DNA of 64,000 nucleotides from an uncultured Oscillospiraceae bacterium (GCA_934589185.1 CAKTNQ010000001.1:35433-99432), one strand, 5' to 3'; shown: positions 27,939-36,921, counted from the first letter of the stretch. Numbers and translations: made by a program. Notes: generated by a model from the letters alone, not told the origin.

Positions 27939-30377
27939 ATGAATACAACACTGACTTTTGAACAACGCTATGTGCAGGCGCGCAGACGCTTCATTGCGGC
28001 GGACTTCGCGAACCTGAACGATATGCAGAGAAAAGCGGTCCTGGCTACGGAGGGCCCACTGCTGCTGCTGGCCGGTGCCGGCAGCGGTAAAACTACGGTG
28101 CTCATCCACCGGATCGCGAATCTCATCCAGTACGGCCGCGGGTCCGACACCAATGAGGTGCCGGATTCGGCGACGGAGGCGGACCTTGCGCTGCTCGAGC
28201 GCACGGATCTGACGCCGGACGAGCGCCGGCGCGCGCAGTGGGCAGCGGCGGTCGAGCCGGTCGAGCCGTGGCGCATCATCGCCATCACGTTCACGAACAA
28301 AGCGGCAGACGAGCTCAAGGACCGCATCGAGCGCATGCTCGGGCCCGAGGCTGCGGCGGATATCTGGGCCTCGACGTTTCACTCCGCGTGCGTGCGCATC
28401 CTGCGGCGCGATGCCGACAAGCTCGGCTACCCCAACAGCTTCACGATCTACGACACGTCGGACAGTCAGGCGGTCGTCAAGCACATTCTCAAGGACATGA
28501 ATCTCGACGAGAAGGCGTTTCCGTACCGTGCCGTGCTCACGGAGATCAGCCGTGCCAAGGATGCCGGCATCACGCCGGAGCAGTATCTGGCGCGCGCGCA
28601 GGCCACGCACAACCCGCGCAGCATCCGCATCGGCGAGGTGTACCAGACCTACTGGCAGCGCCTGTTTTCCGCCGGGGCGATGGATTTTGATGACCTGATC
28701 TACAACACCGTCCGCCTGCTCGATGAGCATGCGGACGTGCGCGAGCACTGGCGTTCTCAGTTCCAATATGTGCTTATCGACGAGTATCAGGACACGAACA
28801 ACCTCCAGTACCGGCTTGCGGCACTCCTAACGGGCAGCAAGAACAACATCTGCGTCGTCGGCGACGATGACCAGAGCATCTACAAGTTCCGCGGCGCGAC
28901 GATCGAGAACATTCTCAACTTTGAAAAGCAGTATCAGAACGCCCGGACCATCCGCCTTGAGCAGAACTACCGCAGCACCGGCCGCATCCTGGACGCGGCC
29001 AACCACGTCATCGCCAACAACACCGGCCGCAAGGGCAAAACGCTCTGGACGAAGGCCGAAGCCGGCGACCCGCTCACGCTCTACTGCGCCACGAATGAGA
29101 ACGACGAGGCGCGCTATGTCGCCACGAAGATCATGGACGACTTTGGCCACGGCATGAACTTCCGCGATCACGCCGTGCTCTACCGCATGAACGCGCAGAG
29201 CAACCAGCTCGAATATGCCTTCAAGCGCAACGGCATCCCGTACCGCATCATCGGCGGCACGCGCTTTTTCGACCGCGCGGAGGTCAAGGACATGCTGGCC
29301 TACCTGTGCGTCATCCAGACGCCGGGCGATGATCTGCGCCTGACCCGCATCATCAATACGCCTGCCCGCGGCATCGGCGCGCGCACGGTCGAGACGGCCG
29401 CGCAGCTCGCGCACGAGCAGCAGACGAGCCTCTTTGACGTCATCCGCCACGCGGACGCCTATCCCGAACTGCAGCGCAGCCAGATGCGTCTGCGCCAGTT
29501 TGCCATCCTGATCGAGGAGCTGCAGGCCGCGGCCAAAACCATGCCGCCGGATGAGCTCTATGATATGGTTGTGGAGCGCAGCGGTTACGTCCGCGCACTC
29601 GAGGAAAAGAACACGGCCGAGGATGCTGCCCGCATCGAGAACGTGCAGGAGCTCAAGTCGAACATCATTGCCTTCGCCAAGGAGGCCGATAACCCCACGC
29701 TCGCGGGCTTCCTCGACGAGGTGGCGCTCTATACCGACCTCGATAACTACGACCAGACCATGGACTGCGTCACGCTCATGACCATGCACGCTGCCAAGGG
29801 CCTGGAGTTTCCGACGGTGTTCATTGTCGGCTGCGAGGAGGGCATTTTCCCCGGTCTGCGCTGCATCGGCGAGCCGGACGAGATGGAGGAGGAGCGCCGT
29901 CTCTGCTATGTTGCGCTCACCCGCGCGCGTGAGCACCTCATCCTCACGTGCGCCCGCCAGCGTATGCTCTTCGGCCGCACGACGGCCAACCGCGTCTCCC
30001 GCTTTGTCGAGGAGATCCCGGAGGAAGATATCCAGAAGCTGAATGTCCCGCGCGGCTACGGTTATTCCGAGCCCGGCCGTGACCAGCAGCAGTACCCGCC
30101 GCGCCGGAGCGAGCCGCGCGCCTACACGGTCTCCGCACCGGAGCCGCGGCGCAAGCCGCCTGTGCGGCCCGCACCGCCCGCGGCAAAGCCGGCGGGCAAA
30201 GCGGCCCCTGCCTTCGCCGTCGGCGACCGGGTCACGCACCGTGCGTTCGGCTCCGGCGTTGTCACGAAGATCCAGCCCATGGGCGGCGATGCGCTGCTCG
30301 AGGTGGAATTCGAGACCGCCGGCACCAAGCGCCTCATGATGCGCGCGGCCGGACAATTCATGAAAAAGGAACCCTGA
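27939..30377 (+). CDS. pcrA: ATP-dependent DNA helicase PcrA/UvrD family
   Basis: ORF 27807-30377, start placed at ATG 27939. Motif I AGAGSGKTT, motif II VLIDEYQDTN, and a C-terminal Tudor-like tail. Confidence 0.9.
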   Translation: MNTTLTFEQRYVQARRRFIAADFANLNDMQRKAVLATEGPLLLLAGAGSGKTTVLIHRIANLIQYGRGSDTNEVPDSATEADLALLERTDLTPDERRRAQWAAAVEPVEPWRIIAITFTNKAADELKDRIERMLGPEAAADIWASTFHSACVRILRRDADKLGYPNSFTIYDTSDSQAVVKHILKDMNLDEKAFPYRAVLTEISRAKDAGITPEQYLARAQATHNPRSIRIGEVYQTYWQRLFSAGAMDFDDLIYNTVRLLDEHADVREHWRSQFQYVLIDEYQDTNNLQYRLAALLTGSKNNICVVGDDDQSIYKFRGATIENILNFEKQYQNARTIRLEQNYRSTGRILDAANHVIANNTGRKGKTLWTKAEAGDPLTLYCATNENDEARYVATKIMDDFGHGMNFRDHAVLYRMNAQSNQLEYAFKRNGIPYRIIGGTRFFDRAEVKDMLAYLCVIQTPGDDLRLTRIINTPARGIGARTVETAAQLAHEQQTSLFDVIRHADAYPELQRSQMRLRQFAILIEELQAAAKTMPPDELYDMVVERSGYVRALEEKNTAEDAARIENVQELKSNIIAFAKEADNPTLAGFLDEVALYTDLDNYDQTMDCVTLMTMHAAKGLEFPTVFIVGCEEGIFPGLRCIGEPDEMEEERRLCYVALTRAREHLILTCARQRMLFGRTTANRVSRFVEEIPEEDIQKLNVPRGYGYSEPGRDQQQYPPRRSEPRAYTVSAPEPRRKPPVRPAPPAAKPAGKAAPAFAVGDRVTHRAFGSGVVTKIQPMGGDALLEVEFETAGTKRLMMRAAGQFMKKEP

Positions 30378-30382
30378 TCTCT

Positions 30383-31276
30383 ATGCCTGACCCCGGCGCA
30401 AGCCATGCCCATACCCGTCTCGGCCGCTTCGCCCTGATTGCGACGACGCTCCTCTGGGGCAGCTCGTTCACGATCATGAAGGACGCGCTCGCAACCGTCC
30501 CCACGCTGTGGCTGCTGGCCATCCGCTTTTCCGGCGCGGCCATGCTCATGGCGCTTATCGGTATTCGGAGTCTGCGCCGGCTCGACCGCGGCTATCTCGG
30601 CGGCGGGGCGTGTATGGGTGTGTGCCTGTACCTGGCCTACACCATTCAGACGTATGGCCTTGTGCACACCACGCCGGGGAAGAACGCCTTTCTCGCTGCA
30701 ACGTATTGTGTGTTTGTGCCGTTTTTCTGGTGGCTGATCCATAAGCGGCGGCCGGACCGGTATAACCTTGCGGCGGCGCTCTTGTGCCTGTGCGGCATGG
30801 GTCTTGTGTCCCTGCAGAGTGACTTGCGCATCGGCCGCGGCGAGGGGCTGACGATCCTCAGCGGCGTGTTCTACGCGCTGCACATCATCGCCACCGCCAG
30901 CGCAGCCAGAGGGTGCAGCCCCGTGCTGCTCTCGTTCGTGCAGTTTGCCGTCGCAGCGGCGCTCAGCTGGGTCACGGCGCCGTTTTCCGCGCCCGCGCCG
31001 GAGGTAATTTCCGCGGACGCGTGGCTGCGCCTTGGCTACCTGTGCGTCATGTGTACCGGCCTGTGCTTTCTGCTCCAGACGTTCGGGCAGAAGTACACCC
31101 CGCCCACCACGGCGGCACTGCTGCTCACGCTCGAGAGCGTGTTCGGCACGCTGTTTTCCGTCGCGTTCTATCACGAGCAGCTGGAGCCGCGTGTGCTCGT
31201 TGGCTTTGCACTGATCCTCGTCGCCATCGTCCTCTCGGAGACGAAGCTGAAGTTCCTGCGCCGCAGGAGGGTATAA
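30383..31276 (+). CDS. EamA/DMT-family transporter
   Basis: 297 aa, 10 hydrophobic spans, two EamA halves (LLWGSSFTIMK...). Confidence 0.8.
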   Translation: MPDPGASHAHTRLGRFALIATTLLWGSSFTIMKDALATVPTLWLLAIRFSGAAMLMALIGIRSLRRLDRGYLGGGACMGVCLYLAYTIQTYGLVHTTPGKNAFLAATYCVFVPFFWWLIHKRRPDRYNLAAALLCLCGMGLVSLQSDLRIGRGEGLTILSGVFYALHIIATASAARGCSPVLLSFVQFAVAAALSWVTAPFSAPAPEVISADAWLRLGYLCVMCTGLCFLLQTFGQKYTPPTTAALLLTLESVFGTLFSVAFYHEQLEPRVLVGFALILVAIVLSETKLKFLRRRRV

Positions 31277-31309
31277 AAAATCCGCCGGAACCATCCGGCG
31301 GATCTTTTT
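31275..31309. terminator. bidirectional terminator
   Basis: aaaaaatccgccgga-acca-tccggcggatcttttt. Confidence 0.75.
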
Positions 31310-31956
31310 CAGCCCAGAAGCGCCTGCAGCTGCGCAATGTCGGCTGCAAACTGCTGCGCGCCTGCGCGCTCGAGCACGTCCCGGTCACGAAAGCCCCACA
31401 GCACGCTGATGCACGGCAGATTTGCCGCGCGCGCCGTGGCGATGTCGACCTCGGAATCGCCGACAAAAACCGTCCCGGCGGGGTCGGCGCCGAGCTGTTC
31501 TATGGCGGCCAGCAGCGTGTCCGGTGCGGGCTTGCGGCGGATGCCTTGCTTCTCGCCGACGGCGATCGGCACGGTGTCCGCGAAAAACTCCGCCCGCAGC
31601 GCGCGCACGGCCTCGTCCGGCTTGTTGGATACGATGGCGAGTTTGCGCCCCTGCGCGTGCAGCTTAAGCAGCAGCGCGGCGACACCGGGGTAGGGGGCGG
31701 TCTCGATGCGGCAGTGGGCGGCGTAGTCGGCGTTGTATTCCGCCAGCAGCGTTTCGAACAGCGCGCTGTCCGTTCCGGCTGGCACGGACAGCTCCATCAG
31801 CCGCCGGGCCCCGTTGCCGAGCGCGGCGCGCATCTGCTGCCGCGTGCGCTCCGGCAGGCCGTGGCGGGTGAGCGTGCGGTTCATGGCGGCGGTCAGGTCG
31901 CCGAGCGTGTCGAGCAGCGTGCCGTCGAGGTCAAAAAGTACGGATGTGTAGCGCAT
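31309..31956 (-). CDS. HAD-IA phosphatase (phosphoglycolate phosphatase-like)
   Basis: ORF 31309-31983, start moved to ATG 31956 (AAAGGAGAG SD). DxD motif VLFDLDGTLLDT. GDSEVD near the C-terminus. Confidence 0.8.
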   Translation of the reverse strand: MRYTSVLFDLDGTLLDTLGDLTAAMNRTLTRHGLPERTRQQMRAALGNGARRLMELSVPAGTDSALFETLLAEYNADYAAHCRIETAPYPGVAALLLKLHAQGRKLAIVSNKPDEAVRALRAEFFADTVPIAVGEKQGIRRKPAPDTLLAAIEQLGADPAGTVFVGDSEVDIATARAANLPCISVLWGFRDRDVLERAGAQQFAADIAQLQALLG

Positions 31957-32100
31957 AAATATCTCTCCTTTGTTCTGGCACACTTATAACGCATTTTGCG
32001 CACGGTGTCAACCAAAAAACAAGTTGACATCCGCTGCCGAATATGCTACTATAATGCAGCGCGCTGGCCGCGCGTCCATATGGAAAGTGGAATTCGGCTT

Positions 32101-32192
32101 GGAGAAGTACCCAAGTGGCCGAAGGGGCTCCCCTGCTAAGGGAGTAGGCTGTGATAAGCGGCGCGAGGGTTCAAATCCCTCCTTCTCCGCCA
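32101..32192 (+). tRNA. tRNA-Ser (anticodon GCU)
   Basis: Acceptor GGAGAAG/CTTCTCC, anticodon loop CTGCTAA, long variable arm, T-loop GGTTCAAATCC, encoded CCA. Promoter-like TTGACA at 32024. Confidence 0.9.
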
Positions 32193-32194
32193 AA

Positions 32195-32223
32195 AACAAG
32201 ACGCCAATCTTCGGCGTCTTGTT
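32195..32223 (+). terminator. hairpin between the two tRNA-Ser genes
   Basis: aacaagacgcc-aatcttc-ggcgtcttgtt, an 11-bp stem. Confidence 0.55.
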
Positions 32224-32240
32224 TCTCTATCTGCATATGC

Positions 32241-32329
32241 GGAGAGTTACCGAAGCGGTCATAACGGGGCGGTCTTGAAAACCGTTAGGCGGCAACGCCA
32301 CAGGGGTTCGAATCCCTTACTCTCCGCCA
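32241..32329 (+). tRNA. tRNA-Ser (anticodon UGA)
   Basis: Acceptor GGAGAGT/ACTCTCC, anticodon loop CTTGAAA, long variable arm, T-loop GGTTCGAATCC, encoded CCA. Confidence 0.9.
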
Positions 32330-32354
32330 CGTCGGAGCGAAGTGCGCTCCGCTC

Positions 32355-32388
32355 AAAAACCGACAGCTCGTTCGAGCTGTCGGTTTTT
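32355..32388 (+). terminator. terminator after tRNA-Ser(UGA)
   Basis: aaaaaccgacagctcg-tt-cgagctgtcggttttt. Confidence 0.7.
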
Positions 32389-32598
32389 CGTCTGTGCTTC
32401 CTTGCTTCTCCGTTCCAAATCGAACCCGCCTCGCGGGCTTCAAGTTGGTATTTATTACGTCCGCAAAATTGGATGACCAAACCACGTTGCCGCGGGCTGT
32501 AGATCGCCCGCGGCGATTTTTTGCGCTTTCATTTGTCAGCCTTCTTTTCTTGCGCTATACTGCTCCACGCTTCAAACAAACGCCCGAAGGAAATCACC

Positions 32599-33021
32599 AT
32601 GGTTATCCCGCTTGTTCTCTGCATCCTTGTCCTGCTCGTCATCGCCGCGTCGTATGTGTGCTGCCGGTTCTGCTTTTTCGTCCCCAAACAGACGGAGGCG
32701 GACCTTTTCCGCCTGCCGGACACGGAGCGGTATGCCCCGCATCGGGAAGCGATGACGCAGATGGTCCGGTCCGTGCTGGCGCTCCCGTATGAGGACGTCT
32801 GGATTCAGTCCGACGACGGGCTGTGCCTGCACGGAAAATACTACGCCGGCCGGCCGGGCGCGCCGGTGCAGATCGTGATGCACGGCTATAAGAGCGGGGC
32901 GGAGCGGGACTTCTGCGGCGGGGCGCAGATCGCCGTGTTCCTGTTCAAAGTCCCGGATGCGCTTTTTGATCATCTGCTCGAGTTCGCGGTTTTTGTCCGG
33001 CCTTCTTATTCTGCGATGTAG
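32599..33021 (+). pseudogene. 5' fragment of a membrane-anchored alpha/beta-hydrolase gene (homology ends near 32925)
   Basis: MVIPLVLCILVLLVIAASYV (TM anchor) ... DGLCLHGKYYAGRPGAPVQIVMHGYKSGAERDF looks like the first ~110 aa of a ~300-aa hydrolase. After about 32925 the reading frame is simply antisense to the RHH remnant and ends at 33021. The nucleophile-elbow (GxSxG) region is absent. Confidence 0.45.
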
Positions 33022-33083
33022 CCGAGCTTGTCCAACAGCGTCTGGTCGACGCGCAATGTGTACCGGCTCAGGTTGTCTTTCAT
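32925..33083 (-). pseudogene. decayed Arc/CopG-type ribbon-helix-helix gene
   Basis: GGAGGGA SD plus ATG 33083. MKDNLSRYTLRVDQTLLDKLGYIAE is then cut by an in-frame TAA (33006-33008). Similarity continues in another frame (KNRELEQMIKKRIRDFEQEHGDL) after a 5-T/A run at 32990-32994. This is consistent with a nonsense mutation plus a 1-nt frameshift. Confidence 0.55.
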
Positions 33084-33149
33084 TTTGCCGTCCCTCCGTG
33101 ACGAAGTATTGGCGAAATTCTAGCGTCATGTGGTTGCAAAATGCAGAAA

Positions 33150-33169
33150 TGACGCATATTTGACGCATA
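33150..33169. repeat. direct repeat TGACGCATA-tt-TGACGCATA upstream of the RHH remnant (possible operator)
   Basis: Read directly from the sequence. An inverted copy, gcgtca, lies at 33123-33128. Confidence 0.35.
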
Positions 33170-33356
33170 ACGGTAAGCGCGAATGAGCGTTCTATACAGA
33201 ACCTTGCTTTGCATCAGCGCACCTTTCCGTTAGAACGCAGATTTTTTTGCAACGCCTTGTCATGCCGCAATCGCGTGCGCTATAATCGACACATTATGAG
33301 GGCTTGCCTGTCGAATACACAGACCACTACAAGTGCCCATGAAAGGAGAAATCATT

Positions 33357-34562
33357 ATGAATCCCAGACTTTCCACCAAAATCCTGCGTCCCGACTTTCA
33401 GGGCGAGTTTACGGCAAGCATTCTTGCGGCAGCGGCATCTCCCGACCTGATTTCTTTCGCGGGCGGTCTGCCGAACCCGGTCTCTTTCCCGGTCGAGGCG
33501 ATGGACAAGGCAACGCACAAAGTTCTTGAGAAAAACGGCGTCATGGCGCTGCAGTACAGCGGCACGCAGGGCTATCTGCCGCTGCGCGAGTGGGTCGCAA
33601 AGCGCTATGAGACGATGGGCGTCTACGGCGTGACGGCCGACGACATCATCATCACCAACGGCTCGCAGCAGGTGCTGACGATGATCGGCGCGTGCATGCT
33701 CGACCCCGGCGATAAGGTGATCGTCGAGAACCCGACCTATCTCGTCGCGCTGCAGTCGTTCCACTTCTTCGACCCCGAGATCCTGCCTGTCACCATCAAC
33801 CCCGACGGCATCGACTGCGACGAGCTGGCGGCGACCGTGCAGGCCAATCCGGACGTGAAGTTTGCCTATGTGATCCCGAACTTCCAGAACCCCACCGGCC
33901 TGAGCTACAGCAAGGAAGTGCACGACCGCGTCGTGGAGATCTTCCAGGGCACGGACATCGTCGTGCTGGAGGACAACCCGTATCGTGAGCTGCGTTTTTC
34001 CGGCACCGCGACCGACAGCTTCGGCAAGGAGCTGGGCGAGCAGTGCTGCATGCTCGGCACGTTTTCCAAGATCGTCGCCCCCGGCATGCGCATCGGCTGG
34101 GTGTGCGTGCGCAACAAGGCGCTGCGCGAAAAGCTCCTGAGCTACAAGGCGACTGCCGACCTGCACACCAACATCTTCTCGCAGCTCGTTCTGGCGCAGT
34201 ACCTCGCGGACAACGACATCGATGCGCACATCGAGAAGACGAAAGTACTCTACAAGCACAAGGCGGAGCTGATGATGGACTGCATGCGCAAGTACCTCCC
34301 GGAGGGCGTGGAGTTCACGCCGACGGAGGGTGGCATGTTCCTGTGGGCCAAGCTGCCGAACGGTATGTCCGCAGTTGACCTTTACCGCGTCGCGCTCGCA
34401 AAGGGCGTCGCCATCTGCCCGGGCGACCCGTTCTATGAAAAGGAGCGCAATGTCAGCACGTTCCGCATCAATTACTCCAACAGCAGCGACGAGGTGATCG
34501 AAAAGGGCATCCGCATCCTCGGCGAAGCCTGCGCGGAGCTGATCGCGAAGCAGGACAACTAA
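33357..34562 (+). CDS. PLP-dependent aminotransferase (class I/II, 2-aminoadipate/aromatic type)
   Basis: ORF 33333-34562, start moved to ATG 33357 (AAAGGAGAA SD). PLP-Lys block GTFSKIVAPGMRIGW. Promoter TTGTCA-18-TATAAT at 33257-33286. Confidence 0.85.
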   Translation: MNPRLSTKILRPDFQGEFTASILAAAASPDLISFAGGLPNPVSFPVEAMDKATHKVLEKNGVMALQYSGTQGYLPLREWVAKRYETMGVYGVTADDIIITNGSQQVLTMIGACMLDPGDKVIVENPTYLVALQSFHFFDPEILPVTINPDGIDCDELAATVQANPDVKFAYVIPNFQNPTGLSYSKEVHDRVVEIFQGTDIVVLEDNPYRELRFSGTATDSFGKELGEQCCMLGTFSKIVAPGMRIGWVCVRNKALREKLLSYKATADLHTNIFSQLVLAQYLADNDIDAHIEKTKVLYKHKAELMMDCMRKYLPEGVEFTPTEGGMFLWAKLPNGMSAVDLYRVALAKGVAICPGDPFYEKERNVSTFRINYSNSSDEVIEKGIRILGEACAELIAKQDN

Positions 34563-34583
34563 TTTCAGACGAAAATAACCAAC

Positions 34584-34619
34584 CAGCCGCACCGTGATGC
34601 CACGGTGCGGCTGATTTTT
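34584..34619. terminator. bidirectional terminator
   Basis: cagccgcaccgtg-atgc-cacggtgcggctg plus ttttt. Confidence 0.75.
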
Positions 34620-35277
34620 ATACGTAGGATTTCGTTCTGCGCATGTCGAGCACCAGCTCCGGATCCTCTGCGCGCATACGCTCCAGGATGCCGGTCAGCG
34701 CATCCGGGTCGCGCGTGACCGCGTCCAGCTCCGGCTGCGTGAGGCCGACGAGCTGCAAAAACGCGACCCTGCCGTGCACCGTCTCGATTGGTGCGACGGT
34801 CGTGTCGCTGACAATGGCCAGCCCCGTGATGGCCGAGTCCAGCTCCGGGTGCAGGGAGCTGCCGTCGCCGGGGATGTACGCGCCCGGCTCAAAGTAATTG
34901 CCGGTCTGGTACGTGTAGCGCGCCAGCTGGGCCAGCAGGTCGAGCGCCCACGTGCCGGTCTCGGCATAGCTCTCGCGCACCTTCATCGTCATTTCATAGC
35001 CCCATTTGCTGTACTCGGCACCGAAGGCCGCCATGCTCGGGTACAGCTCGCTCATGCCGTAGGTGACGATGTGCTGATAGCCCTTACCTGTGTCATAGAC
35101 GGCGAAGCCGTCGAGATACTCGTCGCCGCCAAAGGCCGCGCGGTCGTGCAGCTCGCTCTCAAAGCACACCGGCTCCGTCTTGGGGTAGCGCTTGGCAAAG
35201 GCCGCCTCGATCGCGTCGCGGCCCGGGGCCCAGTCGGGGTGCTTTTTCATCCGCTTTGCGTATTCTTCTCTCGTCAT
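34618..35277 (-). CDS. suppressor-of-fused (SUFU)-like domain protein
   Basis: 219 aa. GGDEYLDGFAVYD...HIVTYGMSELY...SKWGYEMTMKV...WALDLLAQLARYTYQTGNYFEPG...GRVAFLQLVGLTQPELD follows the bacterial SUFU-domain pattern as I remember it. Confidence 0.7.
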   Translation of the reverse strand: MTREEYAKRMKKHPDWAPGRDAIEAAFAKRYPKTEPVCFESELHDRAAFGGDEYLDGFAVYDTGKGYQHIVTYGMSELYPSMAAFGAEYSKWGYEMTMKVRESYAETGTWALDLLAQLARYTYQTGNYFEPGAYIPGDGSSLHPELDSAITGLAIVSDTTVAPIETVHGRVAFLQLVGLTQPELDAVTRDPDALTGILERMRAEDPELVLDMRRTKSYV

Positions 35278-35299
35278 ATCGTCTCCGCCTTTCGTCGAT

Positions 35300-35962
35300 T
35301 TACTCCAGTGCTTCGTGCACGGAAAAATGGTTCTTGTGATAGCTCAGCAGCCCCTCGCGCTGCATCCGCGACAGCTCGCTGCACATGGCGCTGCGGTCTA
35401 CGCCCAGATAGTCGGCCAGCTGCTGGCGGTTGTAGGGGATGTCAAAGCTGTATTGCCCGGCGCGTTTCACGCACTCGGAAAAGTACGACATGAGCCGGGC
35501 ACGGATGCCCTTCGGCGCCGTGTGCAGGATGCGCTGCGAGAGCTGCAGGTTTTTGGCCGCGCACACGGTTAGCAGGTTCTGGATGAGCTTGGCGTGAAAC
35601 GGGCAGGCGTTCGTGCAGGTCGTGAGCACCTTGCCGATGTTCAAAAACAGCACCTCAGTGTCCTCCGAGGCGGTCACGCTGATGAGCAGCGGCTCGCCCG
35701 GGATGCAGGCATAGGGCTCGGCAAACACCTCACCGGGGCCGACGTGGCCGAGCAGACTGTGGTTGCCCCAGACGTCGTCATAGCCGATCATGGCCATGCC
35801 GGAGAGCACCATGCCGAGTTGTTCGGTCGGCGCGCCCTCGGCGAGAATGGTCTCGCCCCGGTCGTAGTGCTTTTGCACCGCGCCGAGACATTGCAGCAGC
35901 AGCGGCAGCTCATCGGCGCCGATGCCGCGAAAGAGACGCGTATTGGATAGCGTGATGTGCAT
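35300..35962 (-). CDS. Crp/Fnr-family transcriptional regulator
   Basis: 220 aa. An N-terminal cNMP-binding-like beta-barrel and a C-terminal HTH (RQQLADYLGVDRSAMCSELSRMQREG). Confidence 0.85.
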   Translation of the reverse strand: MHITLSNTRLFRGIGADELPLLLQCLGAVQKHYDRGETILAEGAPTEQLGMVLSGMAMIGYDDVWGNHSLLGHVGPGEVFAEPYACIPGEPLLISVTASEDTEVLFLNIGKVLTTCTNACPFHAKLIQNLLTVCAAKNLQLSQRILHTAPKGIRARLMSYFSECVKRAGQYSFDIPYNRQQLADYLGVDRSAMCSELSRMQREGLLSYHKNHFSVHEALE

Positions 35963-35977
35963 TTTTTTGCTCCATTT

Positions 35978-35991
35978 GTTGTTCTGACAAC
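35978..35991. promoter_or_regulatory. Crp/Fnr-type palindrome GTTGT-N4-ACAAC
   Basis: gttgttctgacaac lies 16 nt upstream of the crp-like start codon, in the divergent region shared with the 4Fe-4S gene. Confidence 0.4.
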
Positions 35992-36083
35992 GGATTTGTG
36001 GGTCTTATTATGCTATCTTATGCGCAGAAAGTCAAGACCGCCGGGCGGGGACCCGGACGATTTTTAGAAAGGGAAGGGATATT

Positions 36084-36797
36084 ATGATCCGCAAGATCAT
36101 CCACATTGACGAAGAAAAGTGCAACGGCTGCGGCGCGTGCGCGACGGCCTGTCACGAGGGCGCCATCGGCATCGTGAACGGCAAGGCCAAGCTCCTGCGC
36201 GACGATTACTGTGATGGGTTCGGCGACTGCCTGCCTGCCTGCCCGATGGATGCCATCCATTTCGTCGAGCGCGAAGCGGCGGCGTATGACGAGGCGGCCG
36301 TACAGGCCAATAAGCGCAAGAAGCAGGCGGAGGCCGCACATGCCGCACACGCCGGCAGCTGCCCCGGCCATCAGATGCACCGTTTCCAGCGCGAGGAGAC
36401 GGCACAGGCAGCGGCTCCGGCGGCACAGCCGTCGCAGCTCGGCCAGTGGCCGTGCCAGATCAAGCTTGTGCCGGTCAACGCGCCGTATTTTCAGGGCGCG
36501 AAGCTGCTCATTGCGGCGGACTGCACGGCGTATGCCTACGCGAACATGCACAGCGAGTTCATGAAAGGGAAGATCACGCTCATCGGCTGCCCGAAGCTCG
36601 ACGCGGTGGATTACACCGACAAGCTCACGGAGATCATCCGGGGCAACGACATTCAGAGCGTCACCATCGTGCGCATGGAGGTGCCGTGCTGCGGCGGACT
36701 CGAGCACGCGGTGCGGGAGGCGCTGCGCGCGAGCGGGAAGTTCCTGCCGTGGCAGATCGTCACCATCTCGATCGACGGGAAGATCCTCGACCGCTGA
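36084..36797 (+). CDS. 2x[4Fe-4S] ferredoxin-domain protein with Cys-rich C-terminal domain
   Basis: CNGCGACATACHEGAI and CDGFGDCLPACPMDAI cluster motifs. The C-terminal part carries CPGH, WPCQ, CTAYAY, GCPK and VPCCGG. Confidence 0.75.
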   Translation: MIRKIIHIDEEKCNGCGACATACHEGAIGIVNGKAKLLRDDYCDGFGDCLPACPMDAIHFVEREAAAYDEAAVQANKRKKQAEAAHAAHAGSCPGHQMHRFQREETAQAAAPAAQPSQLGQWPCQIKLVPVNAPYFQGAKLLIAADCTAYAYANMHSEFMKGKITLIGCPKLDAVDYTDKLTEIIRGNDIQSVTIVRMEVPCCGGLEHAVREALRASGKFLPWQIVTISIDGKILDR

Positions 36798-36921
36798 GCC
36801 CGGTTTCCCGGCCCTGCCTGCGTGAGCAGGTAGGGCCAACGGGCGTGTTTTTCATTTCGTGAAAAATATGCGGCAGGGGGTTGACAAATCCAAAAATATC
36901 TGTATAATATCATTTGTTCGT

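Noticed and set aside
32418-32445. T-loop-like GGGTTCGATTT (minus strand) with an adjacent CCCGC/GCGGG hairpin downstream of the tRNA-Ser genes. Considered as a tRNA fragment or att-site remnant.
   Set aside because: No matching T-stem 3' strand or acceptor stem can be drawn. It does not repeat the 3' end of either tRNA-Ser, so it cannot be called a tRNA or att core from sequence alone.
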